Source of the DNA: Alphaproteobacteria bacterium
Lineage (GTDB): Bacteria; Pseudomonadota; Alphaproteobacteria; SP197
NCBI GenBank assembly: GCA_964291415.2
Contig: OZ219920.1
Location: forward strand, 1,472,001-1,536,000
Length of the DNA: 64,000 nucleotides
Direction of reading: 5' to 3'
In this document: one piece after another, positions 51,916 to 62,587 of the stretch
Layout of the letters: each line of letters begins with the position of its first letter
How positions within the stretch are numbered: position 1 is the stretch's first letter
The notes under the pieces: model-generated
What the model was told of the DNA's origin: nothing
What the model saw: only the letters and a program-made list of their open reading frames with translations
Database searches by the model: none
Program-made: the position numbers and the translations under genes

Positions 51916-52719
51916 TCAGGTGCACCCGGCGGCGGCTGCCTCCTCGCGCGCCTGGCCGACCAGGGCCTCACCCGAATCGGGAAACCGTTCCATGAACTCG
52001 CGGAACGTCGCACAGGCTTCCCCTTTCTTGCCGAGATGCGCCAGGGACGTGCCGAGCTTCAGCAAACTGCCGGCGGCCTTGGGCCCTTCCGGAGCCTGCT
52101 GATATCCCTTGAGAAAGGCGACGGCCGCCTCGTGAAACCGATCGCGCACAAAATTCATGGATCCGATCCAGTGCCACGCATTGCCGACCAGGTCGCTTTC
52201 CGGGTGTTCGGCAATGAAGGTCGAAAAGGCTTGTTCGGCCGCCTCGTAATCGGCCTTGCGCAGAAGCGAGAAAGCGTGATCGTACTTCTCCATCTCCGTT
52301 CCCGGCGGCAACATCCCGTCCTCGACAGCCTCCCCGGTCTGCGAGTCTCCGGACTGCACGCCCCCTTCCGTCTCTGCGGTGAGGGCCCCGGTGGCGGTGC
52401 GGGCCGCAACATCGGCCTCGAGTGCGGCAAGCTGTTCGCGAATCTGGCGCTGGGCAAACTCCAGACCGTCAATGCGCCCCGCAAGCTGTCGCAGCGATTC
52501 CTGGATCTGTTGCATGTCGGCATGCAACTTGCTGCCATCGAAGGGCGCGCCGGCAATGCTGCCGTTCTCGGGAAAGCTTGCGTTGTAGATGAACGCCTGG
52601 AGATCAATCACATCCCGGCGCAGGCGCTCCAGTTCCTGCGCCAGTTCAGCGGACCCGTCCTGGGCACCGGCCGGAGTGGTTGATGCAATGACAAGAATTG
52701 CCAGAAGGAGTCTTTTCAT
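51916..52719 (-). CDS. cpoB: Tol-Pal system protein CpoB/YbgF
   Basis: Signal peptide, coiled coil and TPR repeats ending ACATF; follows pal. Confidence 0.88.
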   Translation of the reverse strand: MKRLLLAILVIASTTPAGAQDGSAELAQELERLRRDVIDLQAFIYNASFPENGSIAGAPFDGSKLHADMQQIQESLRQLAGRIDGLEFAQRQIREQLAALEADVAARTATGALTAETEGGVQSGDSQTGEAVEDGMLPPGTEMEKYDHAFSLLRKADYEAAEQAFSTFIAEHPESDLVGNAWHWIGSMNFVRDRFHEAAVAFLKGYQQAPEGPKAAGSLLKLGTSLAHLGKKGEACATFREFMERFPDSGEALVGQAREEAAAAGCT

Positions 52720-52842
52720 GGCCACCATCCCTCTCCAGGAACGCCGGCGAACATGAGGCCCGACAATCACGCTCTGGTATCTGCAACACCCGTCCGGTTC
52801 AAGGAGGGCAGGACGTTCGCGTCCAACCCTCCCCTAGCGGGA

Positions 52843-53343
52843 TCAACTCAGGGTCAGATCACCCCGGCGATTCTGTCCCCACGCGGCTTCGGTGTGACCG
52901 AGCACGAGGGGGCGTTCCTTGCCGTAGCTGATTGTCGTGATGCGATTGGGATCGATCCCCAGGACAACGAGGTGATCCTTGACGGCATTGGCACGCCTGT
53001 CGCCGAGCGCCAGGTTGTACTCGCGGGTACCGCGTTCATCGCAGTGGCCCTCAATGATCACATTGACATCGCTGAATTCACTCAGCCAGTCGGCCCAGCG
53101 GCGAATGGTCGACTGCGAGCGCGCATTGAGCACCGAACTGTCAAGAGCGAAGAACACACGCTTGCCGAGGACTTCCTCGATGTAGCGTTCGGACCTTGGA
53201 TCAATGGGATCGACCTCGACCACCATCTCCTCGGTGACTTCGACAGCGCCTGCGCTGTCATCTTCCTCGACGACCTCCGGGGTGGACTCGCACGCGGCCA
53301 CCAGAAGGCCCGCCGCCAGGGCCGCAATCAGTTTGAAACGCAT
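52843..53343 (-). CDS. pal: Peptidoglycan-associated lipoprotein
   Basis: Lipobox VAAC, EGHCDERGTREYNLALG, SYGKERP. Confidence 0.96.
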   Translation of the reverse strand: MRFKLIAALAAGLLVAACESTPEVVEEDDSAGAVEVTEEMVVEVDPIDPRSERYIEEVLGKRVFFALDSSVLNARSQSTIRRWADWLSEFSDVNVIIEGHCDERGTREYNLALGDRRANAVKDHLVVLGIDPNRITTISYGKERPLVLGHTEAAWGQNRRGDLTLS

Positions 53344-53481
53344 GGGAAAGCCCCCTTTCCGGATAGATCGCCAATACACCCCAAGAACAGCGCCACTAAT
53401 GACCGCAAACACCTCCGGCTGTCAACCTCGACATCGGCTGTCCTGTTCACAACGTCCACACATTCTATAGACGACCGGAAG

Positions 53482-54828
53482 TCACGGAATCAAGGGAGAC
53501 CATGCCGGATCGGTGGCAGCGCCCAGCGTGCGGATCGTGCGCTCGACATATCCGGTGAGATCGACGCTCTTGATGACCCTCTCCGTGTCCTCGCCGAAGC
53601 CATAGGTTTCATGGGCAAACATGATGACACGTCCATTCGGCGACCAGGTCGGTCCCTCGACAAGATCGCCGAACGCCAGCAGCCTTTCTCCCTCACCCGG
53701 TTCGGGAGACATCACGCCGATGGCCCAGTCACTGTCAGGAATGTGCTTCGTGAAGGCAATGAGATCACCGCGCGGTGACCACACGGGTGTCGAGTACGAG
53801 GCCCGGTTGTCAAGATCCCAGCTGATGCGATTCTGATTGCTGCCGTCCGCATTCATCACGTAGATCTGTGTCTGGCCCGTGCGATCTGACGTGAAGGCGA
53901 TCCTGGAACCGTCCGGCGAGTAGGACGGTGATGTCTCGATATAGGATCCGTCCGTCAACTGCTTGATGGTGCGGGTTTCGAGATTCATCGCATAGATGTC
54001 CGTGTTGCCGTTGATGGCAAGCGACATGATCACGCTGGATCCGTCGGGCGAGAATCGCGGTGCGAACGTCATGCCCGGGAAGTCGCCCAGTACGTCGCGT
54101 CGCCCCGTCGCCAGGTCCAGCAGGTTGACGCGTGGCGTGGTCTCGTTGAAGTAGGAGAAGTAGGCAATCTTCTGGATCGTCGGCGAAAAGCGCGGTGTCA
54201 GCACCGTATGGTCCCCGGACGTCAGGAACCTGTGGTTTTCCCCGTCGTAGTCCATGATGGCGATGCGCTTGGTGAGTGCCGTCTGCGGACCGTCTTCGTG
54301 GACGTAGGCAATACGCGTGTCGAAGTAGCCGCCCTCGCCGGTAAAGCGGTGGTAGACGGCATCGGAGACCTTGTGAGCGATCCGCCGCCAGATTCCTTCG
54401 CTGCCACGGAAGACGAAACCCACCAGACCCTCTTCGGCAAGGGTGTCGAACAGGCGGAAACTCACCCGGATGCGACCATCACTCTCGGTCGACACCCAGC
54501 CAGTCACGAGCGCCTGTGCGCCGCTCCTGCGCCACAGGTCGAAACGCGGCTGCGCGTCTTCCCCGAGCGAAGCGGGGTCCTGGAGAAAGGCGCCCGGCGG
54601 AATGGCCCGGAAAAGACCGGAAAACTCGAGATCCGCCTTCACCACCGAAGCGATGTCCGCTCCCAGGTCCGCCAGGGGGCCGACGCCATTGAAGTCGGTG
54701 ACAGCGATGGGAACCGGATCGGCACGCCCCTCGGTGACACCGACATCAAGCTGTGCATCGGCCCCGTCCGTGAGCAGGGCTGCACTGACAATCCCAACCA
54801 GAATGAACCTGGTGACACGTGCGATCAT
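53482..54828 (-). CDS. tolB: Tol-Pal beta-propeller protein TolB
   Basis: GYFDTRIAYV and repeated P.(F/W)SPDG blades. Confidence 0.95.
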   Translation of the reverse strand: MIARVTRFILVGIVSAALLTDGADAQLDVGVTEGRADPVPIAVTDFNGVGPLADLGADIASVVKADLEFSGLFRAIPPGAFLQDPASLGEDAQPRFDLWRRSGAQALVTGWVSTESDGRIRVSFRLFDTLAEEGLVGFVFRGSEGIWRRIAHKVSDAVYHRFTGEGGYFDTRIAYVHEDGPQTALTKRIAIMDYDGENHRFLTSGDHTVLTPRFSPTIQKIAYFSYFNETTPRVNLLDLATGRRDVLGDFPGMTFAPRFSPDGSSVIMSLAINGNTDIYAMNLETRTIKQLTDGSYIETSPSYSPDGSRIAFTSDRTGQTQIYVMNADGSNQNRISWDLDNRASYSTPVWSPRGDLIAFTKHIPDSDWAIGVMSPEPGEGERLLAFGDLVEGPTWSPNGRVIMFAHETYGFGEDTERVIKSVDLTGYVERTIRTLGAATDPAWSPLIP

Positions 54829-55029
54829 CGATTCTGTCGTCCTGTCTCCGGAACAGCCGGGCCGCAGCCCCCTCAGCGCGTCCCTTGTTGATACCGGCAA
54901 CTGCGAGCGCGAATCAAGCGCCGAATGACGCCTTCGCCCAACCATCCCAAGGGCTGCCTGCCTGTGGACGGCTCGTGTGGCAAAACGGCGGCACACGCGT
55001 GATTGGCGGGACGGCCGGGACGCCGTCGC

Positions 55030-55875
55030 TCAGAACTGGGCGCTGGGATCGAATCGGACAATCAGTTCCTTCCAGATGTCATAGCGGCGCCTGTCCAGAT
55101 TCTCGAAGGGATGATCGCGGAAGAACAGAACCGCCCGCAGGGCCGATTCGGCCGCCACCCGCCGCGTATGGTCACTCTCTCCGCCCTCGACATCGACAAT
55201 CCGGGCGCGCAGCACGCGTGCGTCGATGGACAGCACCACCTCGATGGTGACGATGAGATCCCGGGCATCGATGGCGCCACTCTGGATAATCCATCTCCTG
55301 GTCACCTGATTGGCGATACTGCGGCGCAGAGAAGCCAGTTCGACATCCGAGACCGGCACATCGGGCGCGCCGTCAAGAGCCGATGCGACATCGGCAAAGG
55401 TGGTGGACTGCTCCTCGGGCGCCGGTTCCCTGCGGTCGACCAGGAGACTCTCCCTGACACTGGTGAAAGGCACGTCCTCCTCGGGACGGGACGGGGCCTC
55501 GGGCTTTGCGGCCGGGAGAGGAACCGGAACGGTCTCGCTCACCCGGACCGGCTCGGCAGGCTGTTCTGCGGCCTCCTCGGCGGGCAAGGACTCCTCAGCA
55601 ACGGCGGGCACTTCCGGCGCGGGATTCGGGAGAGCCGGCTCGGGTTCTGGCTCAGGTTCGGGTTCAGGTTCCGGTTCCGGTTCCGGCTCAGGTTCGGGTT
55701 CTGGCTCCACACTCTCCGGCGGCGCTACGCTTTCCTCTGCAACCGTGATGACATCCACGGTGACCGTGTCGGCAATGGGGGGCTGCGTCCGCCACAGTTC
55801 GGGAAGCCCCATCAGGGCAAGCGTGATGACAAGCACATGAAAGACGATCGATCCGGCCCAGCCCACAGGAGACAC
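55030..55875 (-). CDS. tolA: TolA-like membrane-anchored protein with Glu-Pro linker
   Basis: S..FH TM motif, (EP)n linker, C-terminal AESALRAV...RFDP; between tolR and tolB. Confidence 0.75.
   Translation of the reverse strand: MSPVGWAGSIVFHVLVITLALMGLPELWRTQPPIADTVTVDVITVAEESVAPPESVEPEPEPEPEPEPEPEPEPEPEPEPALPNPAPEVPAVAEESLPAEEAAEQPAEPVRVSETVPVPLPAAKPEAPSRPEEDVPFTSVRESLLVDRREPAPEEQSTTFADVASALDGAPDVPVSDVELASLRRSIANQVTRRWIIQSGAIDARDLIVTIEVVLSIDARVLRARIVDVEGGESDHTRRVAAESALRAVLFFRDHPFENLDRRRYDIWKELIVRFDPSAQF
55635..55708. repeat. Degenerate 6-nt tandem repeat encoding (Glu-Pro)n
   Basis: About 12 GARCCN units with synonymous variation. Confidence 0.85.
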
Positions 55876-55878
55876 GCT

Positions 55879-56328
55879 TCAGGAGTCTCCTTCAAACCGT
55901 CGCGCCTCCAGCGCCAGGCGCCGGAAACCCGCCTCGGTCAGCGCGCCCATGACGGCCATGACTTCCTCGTAGGCCACCATCCTGTCTCCCCTGATGAAGA
56001 CCCGTACATCGGGATTGTTGTCCGAGATGATGGCAAGACGCGGTCCGAGCTGATCCAGTTCCACCATCGTTTCGCCAAGCCAGATCTCGCCCGCGGCCGT
56101 GATCGTGACCTCGACGGGTTCATCCATGCCTGCCAGATCGCTGACGGCCGCTTCCGGCAGATCGACCTCGACGCCGGAGGTCAGCAGGGGAGCAGTGATC
56201 ATGAACACGACCAGCAGGACGAGCATGACGTCGACCAGGGGCGTGACGTTGATCTCGCTGATCGGCGGACGCCGACGCCCGGCCCGGGCGCTGCGCCTGG
56301 CGCTGGCCGAGGTGAACTGGACCGCCAT
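55879..56328 (-). CDS. tolR: TolR
   Basis: EINVTPLVDVMLVLLVVFMITAP. Confidence 0.94.
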   Translation of the reverse strand: MAVQFTSASARRSARAGRRRPPISEINVTPLVDVMLVLLVVFMITAPLLTSGVEVDLPEAAVSDLAGMDEPVEVTITAAGEIWLGETMVELDQLGPRLAIISDNNPDVRVFIRGDRMVAYEEVMAVMGALTEAGFRRLALEARRFEGDS

Positions 56329-57050
56329 CAGCCGCCGTGCTCGTCAAGCTGTCGCGACAGCAACGCGTGGAACTCCGTGGCAAAGTTCTCGAGCCGGCTG
56401 GCGTAGCGATCAAGGTCGCCGGACAGCTTGTTGTAGGCGACCACGGCGGGAATCGCCGCCAGCAGACCGAGTGCGGTGGCAAACAGCGCCTCGGCGATGC
56501 CCGGAGCAACGACGACCAGCGATGTGTTGTGCTGGACCGCGATGGCCGTGAAGGCGTTCATGATGCCCCAGACAGTGCCAAACAATCCGACGAAGGGCGC
56601 TGTGGAGCCCACGGTGGCCAACAGCCCCATGTAACGTTCGAGGCGGTCCATCTCACGGTCGATGCCGATCTGCATCGCCTGGCCGATTCTCTGCTTGAGG
56701 TCGGCACGCAGCCGGCTGTCGGCGATCATCTCCTGGTGACCCATGGCACGCTGCAACTCGTCCATCGCCGCCTTGAACACCGTCGTCATCGGGTGTGGCG
56801 GAGCGCCATCGACGTCCCTGTAGAGTTCGTCCAGCGGCCCGCCCGACCAGAAAGCCTGCTCGAACTCTACCGCCCGCGCACCCAGCTGACGCAGTCTCCT
56901 GACCTTGTCGAAGATGATGGCCCAACACCACACCGAGGCTGCCAGCAGCAGCAGCATGACGAACTTGACCACGGCATCGGCACGCCAGAACAGGCTCCAG
57001 ACGGACATGTCGCCATGGGCCGACACATCTGCGAGTACAGTCGCTTCCAC
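56328..57050 (-). CDS. tolQ: TolQ
   Basis: PFVGLFGTVWGIM, APGIAEALFATA. Confidence 0.95.
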   Translation of the reverse strand: MEATVLADVSAHGDMSVWSLFWRADAVVKFVMLLLLAASVWCWAIIFDKVRRLRQLGARAVEFEQAFWSGGPLDELYRDVDGAPPHPMTTVFKAAMDELQRAMGHQEMIADSRLRADLKQRIGQAMQIGIDREMDRLERYMGLLATVGSTAPFVGLFGTVWGIMNAFTAIAVQHNTSLVVVAPGIAEALFATALGLLAAIPAVVAYNKLSGDLDRYASRLENFATEFHALLSRQLDEHGG

Positions 57051-57053
57051 GGT

Positions 57054-57473
57054 TCAGTTTCCTTCGCCAGGGTATCGGTCAAATGTCTCCCGGACCGCCG
57101 CGGGAAGGCGCATCGCCCTGCCGCCGGCGCCGAGGAACGCGAGACGCACATCCATCGAGACAAGCGTCCGCCCATCACGCATGACCGTCTGCCGCATGAT
57201 GAGACTGGCGCCCTTCACCTCGACGACCTCCGTCTCGATCTCGACCTCGTCATCAAGCCGGGCAGCCGCTGCATAGTCGATGGCCATGGAACGCACAACG
57301 AAACCGCCTCCTTCCCGCACGCGCAGACTCCGATGGTCGTGTCCCAGGGAGCGCAGCAGTTCCGTGCGGCCCCGTTCGGCAAAACGCAGGTAGGCGGTGT
57401 GGTAGACGATTCCGCCGGCATCGGTGTCTTCATGGTAGATCCTTGTCCTGATCCTGCCAGCCGGTTCAGTCAT
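57054..57473 (-). CDS. ybgC: Tol-Pal-associated acyl-CoA thioesterase
   Basis: [17 protein letters not shown]. Confidence 0.92.
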   Translation of the reverse strand: MTEPAGRIRTRIYHEDTDAGGIVYHTAYLRFAERGRTELLRSLGHDHRSLRVREGGGFVVRSMAIDYAAAARLDDEVEIETEVVEVKGASLIMRQTVMRDGRTLVSMDVRLAFLGAGGRAMRLPAAVRETFDRYPGEGN

Positions 57474-58506
57474 GCGCCGGCACGTCCGCGAAGAGATCCG
57501 GGGCATCGTCCGTGGGAACCGGAAGTCCGAGATGGCGCCAGCCGGCCGCGGCGAGGACACGGCCGCTGGGCGTGCGCCTGATGAAGCCCTGTTGCATCAT
57601 GAACGGCTCGATGACGTCCTCGATGGCGTTCCTGTGCTCGGAGAGCGCTGCAGCGAGAGTCTCGACGCCGACCGGACCGCCACCATAGTTGTCGGCGATG
57701 CAGGCGAGATACCTCCTGTCCATGGCATCCATGCCCTTTCCGTCGACGCCGAGCGTCTCCAATGCCTGTCGGGCGAAGGCCGCGTCGATGACATCCACCC
57801 TTTCGAAGGCCTCGTCGCGGACCCGGCGCAGCAGTCTCCCGGCGACCCTTGGGGTTCCGCGCGCCCTGGCCGCCAGCTCCCGCGCACCATCGGCAGCCAG
57901 GGCGACGTTCATGACGCGCGCCAGACGCAGAAGCATCACGGCAAGGTCATCGGCTTCGTAGAAGTCGAGTCGTTGCGGGATCAGGAACCGGTCATAAAGC
58001 GGCTTGGTGATCAGGCCCGCGCGCGTCGTCGCACCGACCAGGGTAAAGCGTTGCAGGTCGATCCTGACCGACCGCGCCGCCGGGCCCTCGCCGATGATGA
58101 GATCCAGCTGAAAGTCTTCCATGGCCGGATACAACACCTCTTCCACGGCAGGATTGAGGCGATGGATCTCGTCGATGAAGAGGACGTCACCTTCGTCGAG
58201 ATTGGTGAGCTGTGCAGCAAGATCGCCGGCGCGCATGATGACCGGGCCCGACGTCTGGTGAAACCTGACACCGAGTTCGTTGGCAATGATCCGCGCAAGG
58301 GTTGTCTTGCCGAGGCCGGGCGGACCATGCAGCAGCACGTGGTCGAGCGCCTCACCACGGCCGCGGGCAGCGCGGATTCCGGTCATCAGGTTCTCGGTCA
58401 CCGCTGTCTGGCCGATGAACTCCGCAAACTTGCGCGGACGCAGTGACGGTGCCTGTTCGTCATCCGCTCCGGTCGCGTCCACCAGGCGCCCGTCTTCGTC
58501 CGTCAT
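57466..58506 (-). CDS. ruvB: Holliday junction branch migration helicase RuvB
   Basis: [28 protein letters not shown]. Confidence 0.96.
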   Translation of the reverse strand: MTDEDGRLVDATGADDEQAPSLRPRKFAEFIGQTAVTENLMTGIRAARGRGEALDHVLLHGPPGLGKTTLARIIANELGVRFHQTSGPVIMRAGDLAAQLTNLDEGDVLFIDEIHRLNPAVEEVLYPAMEDFQLDLIIGEGPAARSVRIDLQRFTLVGATTRAGLITKPLYDRFLIPQRLDFYEADDLAVMLLRLARVMNVALAADGARELAARARGTPRVAGRLLRRVRDEAFERVDVIDAAFARQALETLGVDGKGMDAMDRRYLACIADNYGGGPVGVETLAAALSEHRNAIEDVIEPFMMQQGFIRRTPSGRVLAAAGWRHLGLPVPTDDAPDLFADVPAHD

Positions 58507-59093
58507 CGCGCCAGTTCCTTCAGACTCGCCCGGATGAGCGCGTCGAGACCTGCTCCTGCGGCCTGGCGCACGGAGGTGACCGCACGCCACGCCTCCGAGC
58601 GCGTGTATCCCAGATTGACCAGGGCGGCAATCGCATCCGACTCGACACCGCCGACTGCCGCTTGTCCTCCGGTTCCCGAAGGCGGCGCCATGTCCTCCAG
58701 CCTGTCGGCAAGTTCGGTGATGATGCGCGTGGCCAGCTTCTGACCGACTCCGCTGGCCCGGGCAATTGCGCGCCTGTCGTTCGCTCTCACGGCATCGACC
58801 AGATCGTCCGGACCAAGCACCGAAAGGATGGCAAGGGCGCCACGGGGGCCGACTCCCTGGACGGTGGTCAGCATCGCGAAGGTTGCCTGCTCCGCGGCGT
58901 CGGCAAATCCGTAAAGAACAATGCGATCGTCCCGGATGATCGTTTCGACGAGGAGGCGGGCATCACCCTCCTGCCCTGCCAGTGCACTGATGGTGCGTGA
59001 CGAGCAGGCAAGGCGGTAGCCCACACCCTGGACATCGAGAATCACCCGGTCCTCGGCCACCACATCCAGTCGGCCGGTCAGACGTCCGATCAT
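58503..59093 (-). CDS. ruvA: Holliday junction protein RuvA
   Basis: MIGRLTG, GVGY, GVGPR, ALVNLGY. Confidence 0.96.
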   Translation of the reverse strand: MIGRLTGRLDVVAEDRVILDVQGVGYRLACSSRTISALAGQEGDARLLVETIIRDDRIVLYGFADAAEQATFAMLTTVQGVGPRGALAILSVLGPDDLVDAVRANDRRAIARASGVGQKLATRIITELADRLEDMAPPSGTGGQAAVGGVESDAIAALVNLGYTRSEAWRAVTSVRQAAGAGLDALIRASLKELAR

Positions 59094-59590
59094 GCGCGCG
59101 TTCCGGAGCGAATGCGTTCGATGGTTCGCGCGTGATAGGCATGACAGACGGCGACCGCCAGCGCATCTGCGGCATCGTTGCGCGCCGCCTTCGCACCCGG
59201 AAGCAGGATGCCGATCATGGCGGCGATCTGGTGTTTTTCGGCCTTACCCGTTCCGACCACGGTCTTCTTCACCAGTCGCGTGGCATACTCGCTGACCTCG
59301 AGGCCGGTGGCGGCGGCCGCCACGAGGGCCGCACCGCGAGCCAGTCCGAGCTTGAGCGTGCTTTCCGCGTTCAGGCTGACGAAAGTCTCCTCGATGGCCA
59401 CCTGGTCGGGAACCTGCTCCGCCAGCACATCACTGACACCACGATGGATCACTGTCAGCCGTTCGGCCATGGCGAGGGAGGGGCGGGGCGAGATGACACC
59501 GTGCGCGACGTGATGAAGCCGAGAGCCATCTGTCGAGATCACTCCCCAGCCGGTGTTCAGGAGGCCAGGATCCAGTCCCAGAATTCGCAT
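59090..59590 (-). CDS. ruvC: Crossover junction endonuclease RuvC
   Basis: ILGLDPG, AIEE, LGLARG, DAADALAVA. Confidence 0.96.
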   Translation of the reverse strand: MRILGLDPGLLNTGWGVISTDGSRLHHVAHGVISPRPSLAMAERLTVIHRGVSDVLAEQVPDQVAIEETFVSLNAESTLKLGLARGAALVAAAATGLEVSEYATRLVKKTVVGTGKAEKHQIAAMIGILLPGAKAARNDAADALAVAVCHAYHARTIERIRSGTRA

Positions 59591-59598
59591 CCCGGACC

Positions 59599-60348
59599 TC
59601 AGGCAACCAGACGTTCCATCACGTCATCGGCAATCTCGAAATTGGCTGCCACGGACTGGACGTCGTCATTGTCCTCGAGATCCCCGATCAGCCTCAGAAG
59701 GGTTGCTGCCTTGTCTTCGGACACCTCCGTGACCACCGAGGCCTTCCAGACCAGACCAGCCTCGCGGGGATTGCCGAATCGCGCCACCAGCGCATCACTG
59801 GTGGCGCCAAAGTCTTCCGGTGCACACAGAATGGTGTGGCCGTCGTCGTCGGACATCACGTCACCGGCGCCAGCCTCGAGCGCCGCCTCGAACACCTCGT
59901 CCTCGTCGCCAGCCTGTGCCGCAAGGATGACCTGGCCCATGCGTTCGAACATGAACGAAACGCTGCCCGTTTCTCCAAGGCTGCCGCCATTCTTCGAAAA
60001 GGCGGCGCGGATCTCGGCGGCCGTTCTGTTACGATTGTCCGTCAGGGCCTCGACGATGATCGCCACACCGCCCGGGCCATAGCCCTCGTAGCGCATTTCG
60101 ACATAGTCGGCCGCCCCGTCGCCTCCCGTGCTCCGCCTGATGGCCCTGTCGATGGCCTCCCTGGTCATGTTGACCGCCCGGGCGGCCTGAATGGCCGCCC
60201 GCAGACGCGGATTGTGATCGGGATCAGGCAGACCGGACCGGGCAGCAACGGCAATCTCGCGCCCGACCTTGGTGAACTGGCGGGCGCGCTTGGCATCCTG
60301 CGCGCCCTTGCGGTACATGATGTTCTTCCACTTGGAATGCCCGGCCAT
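59599..60348 (-). CDS. yebC: YebC/PmpR family protein
   Basis: [27 protein letters not shown]. Confidence 0.96.
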   Translation of the reverse strand: MAGHSKWKNIMYRKGAQDAKRARQFTKVGREIAVAARSGLPDPDHNPRLRAAIQAARAVNMTREAIDRAIRRSTGGDGAADYVEMRYEGYGPGGVAIIVEALTDNRNRTAAEIRAAFSKNGGSLGETGSVSFMFERMGQVILAAQAGDEDEVFEAALEAGAGDVMSDDDGHTILCAPEDFGATSDALVARFGNPREAGLVWKASVVTEVSEDKAATLLRLIGDLEDNDDVQSVAANFEIADDVMERLVA

Positions 60349-60618
60349 GACGTTTCCGGCAATCTCCCAATCACTACCGAGGCAGCGACCATACCACATC
60401 CATTGTCATCCATTGTCGCAAAGTGTGCACACATCCTGTCGTGATGATGCCTGCATGATGGAGGCCGAGGCATTCGTCCGGTGCGGTAAATCCTTGCGCC
60501 GATCATCGACCAACCGGGGAAATCGGGACTGGGGCAAGGTCCCGGACAGCCCTGTGCCGTCTCGCGGAACGCCCTGGTCTCGCCACACGCGGCACCACGG
60601 GCACACAGGAGAATAGCG

Positions 60619-61608
60619 ATGCCTGCCACCATGAATGCCATCGTGTACGACGGCCACGGCGACTCCGGCGTGGTTCGCATGGTACGTCGCGCCATCCCGC
60701 AGCCCGACGTCGGCGAGGTGCTGGTCAGGGTCCATGCCGCGGGGGTCAACCGGCCGGACATCCTGCAGCGCGCCGGCAACTATCCGCCGCCGCCCGGAGC
60801 GAGTGACATCCCGGGTCTCGAGATCGCCGGAGAAGTGATCGCCAACGGACCGTCGAGCGAGCATCTCGAGCCGGGGCAGAGAATCATGGCACTGGTGTCA
60901 GGGGGTGGCTATGCCGAGTACTGCGTGGTTCCCGTTCCCCAGGCCCTGCCCGTTCCCGACCGCCTCGACGACTCCGAGGCCGCTGGAGTGCCGGAGACCT
61001 TCTTCACCGTGTGGACCAATGTCTTCCAGAGATGCCGGCTCTCGGGTGGCGAGACATTCCTCGTGCACGGTGGTGCAAGCGGCATCGGGACCACCGCCAT
61101 CCAGTTGGCCGAGGCAAGGGGTGCGAGGGTGTTCGCCACGGCCGGAAGTGAATCGAGATGCCGGGCCTGCGAGGCGCTCGGTGCTGAACGGGCCTTCAAC
61201 TATCACCAGGACGACTTCGTCGCTCTCGCGAGGGACCTGACGCAAGGCCGTGGTGTCGACGTCATTCTCGACATGGCGGGAGGAGACACGATACCCCGGA
61301 ACATACGGCTTCTGGCAACCGAAGGCCGCCTGTGCTTCATCGCGTTCCTCTCCGGATCCAGGGCGACGGTCGACTTTGCGCCGATGATGATGAAACGGGC
61401 GACGATCACCGGCTCGACGCTGCGCGCCAGGTCGGTGAACGAAAAGGGGGTCATCGCCGCCGAACTGGAACGCGAGGTTCTGCCCCTGCTCGAGAGCGGC
61501 CGCGTGAAACCGGTCATTCATGCCACCCTTCCCTTCGCCGAGGCCGCCCGCGCCCAGGACATGCTTGACGGCGATCATGTCGGCAAGGTGGTGCTGTCCA
61601 TGAGTTGA
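60619..61608 (+). CDS. NAD(P)H:quinone oxidoreductase (PIG3-type MDR family)
   Basis: AAGVNRPD, PGLE, GGGYAEY, HGGASGIG, GSTLR. Confidence 0.92.
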   Translation: MPATMNAIVYDGHGDSGVVRMVRRAIPQPDVGEVLVRVHAAGVNRPDILQRAGNYPPPPGASDIPGLEIAGEVIANGPSSEHLEPGQRIMALVSGGGYAEYCVVPVPQALPVPDRLDDSEAAGVPETFFTVWTNVFQRCRLSGGETFLVHGGASGIGTTAIQLAEARGARVFATAGSESRCRACEALGAERAFNYHQDDFVALARDLTQGRGVDVILDMAGGDTIPRNIRLLATEGRLCFIAFLSGSRATVDFAPMMMKRATITGSTLRARSVNEKGVIAAELEREVLPLLESGRVKPVIHATLPFAEAARAQDMLDGDHVGKVVLSMS

Positions 61609-61891
61609 AAGCCGGCAGCCTTCCGGCATTCAGGACAATCTTCCCCAGCGCGGGAGATCTTGAGTGTTCCGTGCGTCGACCTCCACGATGTTCAGGGAGA
61701 TCAGCATCCGGGGTTTGGAAAGATGCGGGTACTCAGCCGCCTTCCCAGGCGAATGCCTTGTCACGTCTGTTCCCCGTGTTCTATGGTCTCGGCGAGGCGA
61801 TGCCGTGTCACATGCCATGCTGAGCACGGCTGCAGAAGACCGTTGGACGTCTCGCTGCCGTCTTCCCGAACTGATGGTGTGGAGATGAACC

Positions 61892-62452
61892 ATGTCGCAA
61901 GAGTTGCTGATGCCTCGGGCAACTGCCGTGTGGCTGATCGACAACACGATTCTCACTTTCAGCCAGATTGCCGAGTTCTGCGGCATGCACGAACTGGAAG
62001 TCCAGAACATCGCCGATGGCGAGATCGAAAAGGACCTTATCGGCCAGAATCCCGTTCAGACAGGACAGATCACCAAGGAGGAACTGGATCGCTGCCAGGC
62101 TGACCCATCCGCCACCTTGCAGCTCGCCGAGCGTGGTGAGGACACGCCCCGAAAGACGTCACGCACTCGCTACACACCCATCTCGAAGCGCCGCAACAAG
62201 CCTGATGCCATCGCCTATCTCATCAAGCACTATCCCCAGCTGTCGGCTCGGCAGATCGAAAGACTCATCGGCACCACCAGGAAGACAATCGAGCGAATTC
62301 GTGAAGGGACACACCGCAATTCGAGCATGATCGAGATGAAGGATCCGGTGCTTGCCGGACTGTGCACCGCGGCGGAACTCAACGAGGCGATCGAGAAAGC
62401 CGATGCCAAGCAGGCTCGCGAGAAGGCGATGGCGGACCAGGTCGCTCCCTGA
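61892..62452 (+). CDS. trcR: DUF1013 / cell-cycle transcription regulator TrcR
   Basis: LMPRATAVWLIDNT.LTF.QIAEFCGMHELEV, RYTPISKR..KPDAI, IGTT. Confidence 0.88.
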   Translation: MSQELLMPRATAVWLIDNTILTFSQIAEFCGMHELEVQNIADGEIEKDLIGQNPVQTGQITKEELDRCQADPSATLQLAERGEDTPRKTSRTRYTPISKRRNKPDAIAYLIKHYPQLSARQIERLIGTTRKTIERIREGTHRNSSMIEMKDPVLAGLCTAAELNEAIEKADAKQAREKAMADQVAP

Positions 62453-62587
62453 GGCGCAGCCTGCGGAAACGGGCATGCCGCTCCGCGCTACGGTACGTCC
62501 GGTGCGGTGTCACGGAGACCTTTCTCGCATCACCCGGGGCCCGCGCATGGATCTGGCCCGGCGGCGCCACCACTGAGAGCACGTTCG

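Noticed and set aside
55635-55708. CRISPR array or phase-variable repeat
   Set aside because: In-frame Glu-Pro linker with synonymous variation; no spacers or cas genes in the window
61610-61890. Structured ncRNA upstream of trcR
   Set aside because: Only short hairpins and a possible TTGTCA-18-TATGGT promoter; no recognisable RNA family by eye
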